The position numbers and the translations under genes were made by a program. Under the pieces are notes generated by a model. That model was not told where the DNA came from, did not search any database, and saw only the letters and a list, made by a program, of their open reading frames with translations. This document shows, piece by piece, positions 50,501 to 60,000 of a stretch of DNA of 60,000 bases (positions within the stretch are counted from its first letter, which is position 1; the number at the start of each line of letters is the position of its first letter). Where the stretch lies: positions 124,994,001-125,054,000 of the forward strand of contig CM059432.1 in NCBI GenBank assembly GCA_030390025.1, written 5' to 3'. The DNA comes from Squalus acanthias. Its lineage: Eukaryota.

Positions 50501-50772
50501 CTAGAAGTGGAAAAAATAAGAATTAGTAAAAGAAAGCAGGCGAGTGAGTCACTTCATCTTCTTTCCTACTCTTTTCAACTATGGTAGTGTCTTGTACTAT
50601 GGACCATGGCTCTTCATATAGGTTTCCCAATTTAAAAAAGAATGGACAGCTATGAAAGGCTGAATGTTCCTTTTAAAAAGTAATATTCCTTAGAGGGAGG
50701 TAATTTTTTTGCGTATCACGATGTGGGCTATCAGTGCCGGGAAATTGAACTGTTTCCCACTTTCTGAATCCA

Positions 50773-50818
50773 GGCAGCACATATACTAAAAATGGAACAA
50801 TACAGAGAAGATTAGCAT
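50773..50818 (+). pseudogene. U6 snRNA fragment (about nt 12-57)
   Basis: GGCAGCACATATACTAAAAATGGAACAATACAGAGAAGATTAGCAT has two differences from the U6 sequence as recalled, and includes the ACAGAGA box. Confidence 0.9.
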
Positions 50819-51119
50819 TAATATCAAGCACCCTTAGATATAGCATGTGTTAAAAGCTGTGCCAGCATTTAGCAATTATCCCTAACCTCAGAAGAACATT
50901 CTCTGATGCATCATTGTGGCATTTTTATTGCAAATCAGTATTAATCAAAGTTAAGACTGCCCATCGCACCAGCAGCACAAGTCAGGGCAACATTCAAACT
51001 AAACTTTAAATATTTCTAATGCCTTTCTGGCAACCTTTTATTGATAATAAAATGTCTCCTGTAGACTTAATAGATCATAGGATCAGAGAATCATACAACA
51101 CAGAAGAAGGCTTTTAATA

Positions 51120-51710
51120 AAGTTAATAAAGCATGTAGGATCCTGGGCTTTAGAAATAGATGTAGAGAGTACAAAAGCCAGGAAGTTAGGCTAAACGTAT
51201 ATAAAACACTAGTTCGGCTCCAGCTGGAGTATTGTGTCCAATTCTGGGCACTACACTTTAGGAAGGACGTGAAGTCTTTGGAGAGGCTACAGAAGAGATT
51301 TACTAGAATGGTTCCAGGGATGAGGGATTACAGTTACGTGGATGGACTGGAGAAGCTGGGGTTGTTCTCCTTGGAGCAGAGAAGGCTAAGAGGAGATTTG
51401 ATAGAGGTGTTTAAAATCATGAAGGGTTTAGATAGAGTAAATAAAGAGAAACTGTTTCCAATTGCTGAAGGGTCGATAACGAGAGGACACAGATTTAAGG
51501 TGGTTGGCAAACGAACCAGAGACGACATGAGGACCGATAGGGTGGTGGATACAGATTCAATAGTAGCCTTTAAAAGGGAATTAGATAAATACTTGCAGGG
51601 ATATGGGGAAAGAGCAGGGGAGTGGGACTAACTGGATTGCTCTTCGAAAAGAACCGGTGCAAACACAATGGGCTGAATGGCCTCCTTCTGTGCTGTAATA
51701 TGCTATGATT
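51120..51710 (+). mobile_element. CR1 3' fragment
   Basis: LERLQKRFTRMVPG...LEKLGLFSLEQRRLRGDLIEVFK. Confidence 0.9.
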
Positions 51711-51714
51711 TTTT

Positions 51715-54600
51715 TAAATTCATCCATGGGATGTGGGCATTGCTGGCAAGGCCAGCTTTTATTGCCCATCCCTAATTGCCCTTGAGAAGGTGGTGGTGAG
51801 CCACCTTCTTGAACCACTGCAGTCCGTGTATTGAAGGTACTCCCACAGTGCTGTTAGGGAGGGAGTTCCAGGATTTTGATCCAGCGACGATGAAGGATCG
51901 GTGATATACTTCTAAGTCAGGGTGGTGTGTGACTTGGAGGGGAACTTGCAGACGGTGTTCCCATGCGCCTGCTGCCCTTGACCTTCTCGGTGGAAGAGGT
52001 TGCGGGTTTGGGAGGTGCTACTGAACAAGCCTTGGCGAGTTGCTGCAGTGCATCTTGTAGATGGTACACACTGCAGCCACGGTGCGCCGGTGGTGGAGGG
52101 AGTGAATGTTTAAAGTGGTGGATGGGGTGCCAATCAAGCGGACTGCTTTATCCTGGATGGTGTCGAGCTTCGTGAGTGTTGTTGGAGCTGCACTCATCCA
52201 GGCAAGTGGAGAGTATTCCATCACACTCCTGACTTGTGCCTTGTAGATGGTGGAAAGGCTTTGGGGAGTCAGGAGGTGAGACACTCACCACAGAATACCC
52301 AGCCTCTGACCTGCTCTTGTTGCCACAGTATTTATGTGGCTGGTTCAGTTAAGTTTCTGGTCAATGCTGACCCCCAGGTTGTTGATGGTGGGGGATTCGG
52401 CGATGGTAATGCCGTTGAATGTCAAAGGGCGATGGTTAGACTCTCGCTTGTCAGAGATAGTCATTGCCTGGCACTTGTGTGGCGCGAATGTTACTTGCCA
52501 CTTATCAGCCCAAGCCTGAGTGTCATCCAGGTCTTGCTGCATGCGGGCATGGACTGCTTCATTATCTGAGGAGTTGCGAATAGCACTGAACACTGTGCAA
52601 TCATCAGCGAACATCCCCGCTTCTGACCTTATGATGGAGGGAAGGTCATTGATGAAGCAGCTGAAGATGGTTGAGCCTGAGGACACTGCCCTGAGGAAAT
52701 CCTGCAGCGATGTCCTGGGACTGTGATGATTGGCCTCCAACAACCACAACCATCTTCCTTTGTGCTAGGTATGACTCCAGCCAGTAGAGAGTTTTCCCCC
52801 TGATTCCCATTGACTTCAGTTTTACTAGGGCTCCTTGATGCCACACTCGGTCAAATGCTGCCTTGACGTCAAGGACAGTCACTCTCATCTCACCTCTGGA
52901 ATTCAGCTCTTTTGTCCATGTTTGGACCAAGGCTGTAATGAGGTCTGGAGCAGAGTGGTCCTGGCAGACCCCAAACTGAGCATCGGTGAGCAGGTTATTG
53001 GTGAGTAATTGTCGCTTGATAGCACTGTCGACGACACCTTTTATCACTTTGCTGATGATTGAGAGTAGACTGATGGGGCGGTAATTGGACAGATTGGATT
53101 TGTCCTGCTTTTTGTGGACAGGACATACCTGGGCAGTTTTCCACATTGTCGGGCAGATGCAAGTGTTGTAGCTGTACTGGAACAGCTTGGCTAGAGGCGC
53201 GGCTAGTTCTGGAGCACAAGTCTTCAGGATGACAGCCGGGATGTTGTCGGGGCCCACAACCTTTGCTGTATTCAGTGCGCTCAGCTGTTTCTTGATATCA
53301 CATGGAGTGAATCAAATTGGCTGAAGACTGGCTTCTATGATGGTGGGGACCTCAAGAGGAGGTCAATATGGATCATCCTCTCAGCACTTCTGGCTGAAGA
53401 TGGTTGCAAACGCTTGAGCCTTGTCTTTTGCACTCACGTGCTGGGCTCCACCATAATTGAGGATGGGAATATTTATGGAGCCTCCTCCTCCCATTAGCTA
53501 TTTCATTGTCCACCACCATTCATGACTGAATGTGGCAGGACTGCAGAGCTTTGATCTTATCCGTTGATTGTGGGATCACTTAGCTCTGTCTATAACATGT
53601 GCTTCTGCTGTTTAGCATGCATATAGTCCTGTGTTGCAGGTAGCCCTACTATTGCTCCTGGCATGCTCTTCTGCACTCCTTATTGAACCAGGTTTGGTCC
53701 CCTGGCTTGATGGTAATGATAGAGTGAGGGATATGCCAGGCCATGAGGTTACAGATTGTGGTGGAATACAATTCAACAACAACAACAACGTGTATTTATA
53801 TTGTGCCTTTAATGTAGTAAAATGTCACAAGGCACTTCACAGGAGTATTATAAGACAAGAAAAAATTCTGCTGCTGCTGATGGTCCACAGCGCCTCATGG
53901 ATGCCCAGTTTTGAGCTGCTAGATCTGTTCTGAATCTATCCCATTTAGCACAGTGGTAGTGCCACATAACACGATGGAGGGTGTCCTCAGTGTGAAGATG
54001 GGACTTTGTCTCCATAAGGACTGTGCAGTGGTCACTGCTCCCAATGCTGTTATGGACAGATGCATCTGCGACAGGTAGATTGGTGAGGATGAGGTCAAGT
54101 ATGTTTTTTCCTCGTGTTGGTTCTCTCACCACCTGCCACAGGCCTAGTCTGGCAGCTATGTTCTTCAGGACTCGGCCAGCTCGGTCAGTAGTGGTGCTAC
54201 CGAGTCACTCTTGGTGATGGACATTGAAGTCCCCCACCCAGAGTACATTCTGTGCCCTTGCTACTCTCAGTGCTTCTTCGAAGTGGTGTTCAACATGGAG
54301 GAGTACTGATTCATCAGCGGAGGGAGGGCGGTAGGTGGTAATCAGCAGGATGTTTCCTTGCCCATGCTTGACCTGAAGCCATGAGACTTCATGGTGTCCG
54401 GAGTCAATGTTGAGGACTCCCAGGGCCACTCCCTCTCGACTGTATACTACTGTGCCGCCACCTCTGGTGGGTCTGTCCTGCCGGTGGGACAGGACATACC
54501 CAGGGATGATGATGGAGTCTGGGACATTGGCTGAAAGGTATGAATCTGTGAGTATGACTATGTCAGGCTGTTGCTTGACTAGTCTGTGGGACGGCTCTCC
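51715..54600 (-). mobile_element. Degenerate CR1/L2-group LINE ORF2 (APE plus RT), with a nested L2/SINE tail at about 53775-53863
   Basis: QQPDIVILTDSYL, GDFNVHH, GPDNIP, NYRPISLLSII, LDVKAAFDRVWH and FADD. Nested tail flanked by AATTC duplication. Confidence 0.92.
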
Positions 54601-54604
54601 CAAT

Positions 54605-54808
54605 TCTATGATTCTATAAGGCCATTCAGTCCATTGTGCCTGTGCCAGCTCTTTGAAAGAGCTATCCAATTAGTCCCACTCCCCTGCTCTTTCCCCATAG
54701 CCCTGTAAATATTTCCTTTTCAAGTGTATATCCAATTCCCTTTTGAAAATTACAATTGAATCTGCTTCCTCCACTCTTTCAGGCAGTGTATTCCACATCA
54801 TAACAACT
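54605..54808 (-). mobile_element. CR1 3' fragment
   Basis: Matches 23100-23290. Confidence 0.8.
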
Positions 54809-54809
54809 C

Positions 54810-54952
54810 GGGGTAGATTTTTGTCTTCACTGGTAGGTGGATAACCTAGCAGGGTAGCTCGCCCGCCCTTTATAGTACCTGATTTTCATGCCATTGATTG
54901 CAATCCATCCTGCCGGATTACCACCCAGCTGGTGAAGATGAAAATTTACTCC
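54810..54952. mobile_element. Short Harbinger-type MITE
   Basis: TIRs ggggtagatttttgtcttcac and gtgaagatgaaaatttactcc. Confidence 0.7.
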
Positions 54953-55483
54953 AGTGGCTTCAGGAACAGAAGGTGCTGCTAAATCTGCTTGCAAGCATTT
55001 CCCCACAATTACATACTACAGTATATATACACCCTTGTTTTGTCCCCTTATTAATAATCTTTCTACTTACGGTTTTTGACCCTTGGGTCATTGGTTTCAG
55101 AATGCCCACTCCCCTGGGCTACTGGTGAATTATCTAATTGTGCACTTTTTGTTTCTAGGCACTTTAGTCTTTGCCATGGTTCGTATCTTAATTGGCTGGA
55201 AAACTGCTCTTTGGAACTGGTTTTCAGCTAATCAAGGGCTAAAGTTTATTTATGTGAGACCCAATTATAGAATGGATGGCAGAATGTTTGGGCACATAAA
55301 AATGGGTAAGTTTGTTTTTACATAATAAAACAAAGAAATAATGTAAAGGAAATGATAAAATAAATAGTAATTGTAAATACAATATAAAAGTAAAAATAGT
55401 AAATATTAAAGAAACAAATAGGGAAACAGAGAATACAGGCAGAGAGAGGATTTCATTTAGAATGTTTTAAGTCTGTGTTGTAG

Positions 55484-55810
55484 CGAGAGTCAAAGTGGTG
55501 CAGTGGGTTAGAAATAGCCTTTCATTTTTGAGACATTCAATCCAGCCCAGATTGATAAAAATTGAAGGTTTCCCCTTTCTTTGGCTGTAAGCCCAATGCA
55601 AAAGGAGTTTAGACAGTCTAGACGTGGTTCCCTGTGAGTGCAGGCCTGCCTTAGAAGCCTTCCCCTAACTTGGTACTAATTACCAATCTTTCTCAGAGAG
55701 CTCACAAGATTAGGTAGTGTGGTAGATGGAAATAAATGCTGCTCTTCTGAGGTTGGGGCTAAGGTACATTGTGGTGGCAGAGTGCAGGGAGCTTTACCTT
55801 CTAGCTAGTT
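55484..55810 (+). mobile_element. LF-SINE-like ancient SINE
   Basis: Colinear motifs agcctttca, aatccagcccag, ttggtactaatt, cagagag, ggttggggctaaggtacattg and cagagtgcagggagctt match the recalled LF-SINE consensus order. Confidence 0.6.
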
Positions 55811-56409
55811 GGATTTGAAATGGAAAAGACTACTCTTGATAAGCGCAAAGTTCACCTGTTCCAAAAAGTCTATAGCAATAAAGTTATTCCTGATACTTCA
55901 GTAGCATTAGTACCACAGGTGGTCTCAGTCTTCCTGGCCTAAGGAAAAGAACATCAGCTAGGGTTCCTGCTTCCAGCTGCTATCCGGTGACACTTGCCGG
56001 AAGCGCGTGTGTGTATGAAAATTGGGTGAGGACAAGATTGGATTATACTGAATCCTGATAAGACATAATGGAGTAGAAATTGGTATGCGTTGTGTCCATT
56101 TTGTACCAATTTAACAGTGGGACGCAATGCGCCCAATCTGCACAGGTGTTGGTCCCGCAGCTAAATTTGTGGGGGCCTTTTTTTAGGCGTCCACAACAGG
56201 CGTTAGGCACCTTAAATACAGTAAATTAGGATCTAACACCTGTTGAAGGACCCTATCCAGAAACTGTGCTTACACCTTCCCTTGGTCCCACCATTGGTGG
56301 CTGAACAGTTCCCTCCCCTCTAGAATTACCTCCCTAAAACCCTCCACCTCTCTATCTCCCTCTCCTCCTTTAAAACCCACCTCTGTAATAGCTTTTGGTC
56401 ACCTCTTCT

Positions 56410-56865
56410 AATATTACATAGGATTACATAGGATATACAGCACAGAAACAGGCCATTCGGCCCAACCAGTCCATGCCGGCATTTATGCTCCACTCGAGCC
56501 TCCTCCCATCTTTCCTCATAACCCTCTATTCCCTTCTCCCTCATATGCTTGTCTAGCTTCCCCTTAAATACATCTATACTATTCGCTTCAACCACTCCCT
56601 GTGGTAGCGAGTTCCACATTCTCACCACTCTCTGGGTAAAGAAGTTCCTTCTGAATTCGCTATTGGATTTCTTGGTGACTATTTTATATTGATGGCCACT
56701 AGTTATGCTCTTTCCCACAAGTGGAAACACTCTCTCTGTATCTACTCTATCAAAACCTTTCATAATTTTAAAGACCTCTATTAGGTCACCCCTCAGCCTT
56801 CTCTTTTCAAGCCTATTCAGCCTGTCCATCCTTTCCTGATAGGTATTTCTGGTATCATCCTTGCA
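56410..56865 (-). mobile_element. CR1 3' fragment (subfamily of 26965-28680) inserted in an L2/SINE tail
   Basis: EKRRLRGDLIEVFKIMK...WNSLPQGVVEANSID. Confidence 0.9.
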
Positions 56866-57917
56866 ATATCCCCTTCTTTGGCTGGGCTGTATTTTTTCCA
56901 TTATGCCTCTGTAAAACGTTTGGGATGCTTTTCTACAATAAAGGCGCTATATAAATACAAGTTGTTGAATATTGATAATGTCTAGATCGGATTTATACTC
57001 TTGTTTCAAGTAAAAATACGAGAGTCCTTCTCGTCACTTAATCTAGCTGTCACCATAATAACTATAGGGTAATACATCTGATTCCATGGGTTCGGGGTAA
57101 GGAATAAGCTCTCTCATGTCTGTCACAGTGTCACATTATGTTTTTACAGTTTGTCTATATTTACAAACTTTGTATCATCATTAACTAGAAACTCCCAATG
57201 AGACTAGGCTTGCCAGACTGATTCCTGATTTACAATGCTGAGATATATTAGAGGTCACTCTAGAATTCACCAACGTATAACTATGTACTACTTCTGTTCC
57301 TATGCACTGTGTCCTTTCTGTTTTCGCGTTCGGATCCGCGTTGTGTGGTCTGTCAAATACGTAGGAGTAAATATAATAATTGGAATTCGCACGTTTTTTT
57401 TTAAGCTATTTTTATGCTATTGCTTTACAACTAAATCAATATGATGTGTCACTGAAATTCACTCTGTCCATATGTGCAACTCAAATTCTGTCCCCTTAAC
57501 TGTTAAAAATGGCGCAAGAATGGTTAATCGGAATGAACAGCCATTAGCGAAATGCACCTGCAAAGCCAAAATATGCTGCTTTACATTTTGTATTTCTTTA
57601 ACACTCTTTAATTATAAACAAGCAGCTTCAAAACAGATTTAAATTAACAATGAATAATGTATTTTTCCCTCTTCGTCGTAACAAGCATGTTGATACTTAG
57701 TAAATTTTAATTTTCCACTAACCAGCATGAAACTATAAACCTACATAATTGGAAAAGAACGTGAACTTTACAATGAAACGCTTCCTCTATATTAACAGCA
57801 GCGGACAGAAACTGTTCTTTACGGGGCCAATCTCTAGGTCACCATCCAGAGACAAACACAAAGAAGCTCGTTGCAGTGCCTGTAAGCGGACTCTCGAATG
57901 ACAAATAAACAGGGAAC

Positions 57918-60000
57918 ACTTCACTCAATGTGTCATTTCACCCTCATTCAACACGTCATTTCACCCTCACTCAACATGTCATTTCACTCTCACTCAACAC
58001 GTGTCATTTCACCCTCACTCAACACATGTCATTTCACCCTCACTCAACACGTGTCATTTCACCCTCACTCAACACGTGTCATTTCACCATCACTCAACAT
58101 GTCATTTCACCCTACTCAACATGTCATTTCACCCTCACTCAACGCATGTCATTTCACCCTCACTCAACGCATGTCATTTCACTCTCACTCAACACATGTC
58201 ATTTCACCCTCACTCAACGCATGTCATTTCACTCTCACTCAACGCATGTCATTTCACTCTCACTCAACGCATGTCATTTCACCCTCACTCAACGCATATC
58301 ATTTCACCCTCACTCAACGCATGTCATTTCACTCTCACTCAACACATGTCATTTCACCCTCACTCAACACGTCACTTCACCCTCACTCAACACGTCATTT
58401 CACCCTCACTCAACACGTCATTTCACTCTCACTCAACACGTCATTTCACCCTCACTCAACACGTCATTTCACCCTCACTCAACACGTCATTTCACTCTCA
58501 CTCAACACGTCATTTCACCCTCACTCAACACGTCATTTCACCCTCACTCAACACGTCATTTCACCCTCACTCAACACGTCATTTCACCCTCACTCAACAC
58601 ATCATTTCACTCTCACTCAACACGTCATTTCACTCTCACTCAACATGTCATTTCACCCTCACTCAACACATGTCATTTCACCCTCACTCAACACATGTCA
58701 TTTCACCCTCACTCAACACGTCATTTCACCCTCACTCAACATGTCATTTCACCCTCACTCAACACATCATTTCACCTTCACTCAACACGTCATTTCACCC
58801 TCACTCAACACGTCATTTCACCCTCACTCAACACATCATTTCACCCTCACTCAACATGTCATTTCACCCTCACTCAACATGTCATTTCACCCTCACTCAA
58901 CACGTCATTTTACCCTCACTCAACACGTCATTTCACCCTCAGACAACATGTCATTTCACCCTCACTCAACATGTCATTTCACCCTCACTCAACATGTCAT
59001 TTCACCCTCACTCAACACATGTCATTTCACCCTCACTCAACACATGTCATTTCACTCTCACTCAACACATCATTTCACCCTCACTCAACACGTCATTTCA
59101 CCCTCACTCAACACGTCATTTCACTCTCACTCAACATGTCATTTCACCCTCACTCAACACATGTCATTTCACCCTCAGTCAACACGTGTCATTTCACCCT
59201 CACTCAACACGTCATTTCACCCTCACTCAACACATGTCATTTCACCCTCACTCAACACATGTCATTTCACCCTCACTCAACATGTCATTTCACCCTCACT
59301 CAACACGTCATTTCACCCTCACTCAACACATGTCATTTCACCCTCACTCAACACGTGTCATTTCACCCTCACTCAACACGTCATTTCACCCTCACTCAAC
59401 ATGTCATTTCACCCTCACTCAACACGTCATTTTACCCTCACTCAACACGTCATTTCACCTTCACTCAACACGTCATTTCACCCTCACTCAACACGTCATT
59501 TCACCCTCACTCAACACGTCATTTCACCCTCACTCAACATGTCATTTCACCCTCACTCAACACATCATTTCACCCTCACTCAACATGTCATTTCACCCTC
59601 ACTCAACATGTCATTTCACCCTCACTCAACATGTCATTTCACCCTCACTCAACACATGTCATTTCACTCTCACTCAACACGTCATTTCACCCTCACTCAA
59701 CACATGTCATTTCACCCTCACTCAACACATCATTTCATCCTCACTCAACACATGTCATTTCACCCTCACTCAACACATGTCATTTCACCCTCACTCAACA
59801 CATCATTTCACCCTCACTCAACACGTCATTTCACCCTCACTCAACACGTCATTTTACCCTCACTCAATACGTCATTTCACCCTCACTCAACACATGTCAT
59901 TTCACCCTCACTCAACACGTCATTTCACCCTCACTCAACACGTCATTTCACCCTCACTCAACACGTCATATTACCCTCACTCAACACGTCATTTCACCCT
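57918..60000. repeat. Minisatellite of 23/25-bp units TCATTTCACCCTCACTCAACA(C/T)G, roughly 85-90 copies, running off the window
   Basis: Direct inspection; copy number estimated from length. Confidence 0.98.

Noticed and set aside
57160..57900. Possible RGS22 exons 1-2 (for example NDDTKF|gtaaat near 57165 and ATG|gtgacc near 57843)
   Set aside because: Too short and too weakly similar to call. Only the general location is plausible.
57918..60000. CRISPR-like or telomeric array
   Set aside because: No unique spacers and no TTAGGG. It is a simple eukaryotic minisatellite.

Overview
Eukaryotic, repeat-rich vertebrate DNA. The repeat types (CR1 LINEs, SacSINE1/Deu-type and LF-SINE-like SINEs, Penelope elements, Harbinger MITEs) point to a cartilaginous fish (inference). 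The one host gene I can support is RGS22 on the minus strand. Eight phase-consistent coding exons lie between 50500 and 16529, with two further candidate exons near 5.7-6.0 kb; the first two short exons were not located. Almost all ORFs in the track are decayed retroelement or transposon fragments. The main highlights: a 217-bp Penelope-derived insertion forming a perfect 186-bp palindrome with a minimal hammerhead ribozyme on each strand and a 15-bp TSD; a second hammerhead in a GIY-YIG Penelope element; a LINE body carrying a tRNA-SINE head; a near-identical inverted CR1 pair flanking two in-frame exons; a candidate GC-AG intron; a coding 39-bp minisatellite; a U6 fragment; and a satellite of more than 2 kb, rich in TGACGTG, next to the presumed promoter. 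Repeat family names come from recalled consensus features, not a database search. Repeat boundaries are approximate unless a TSD is given.
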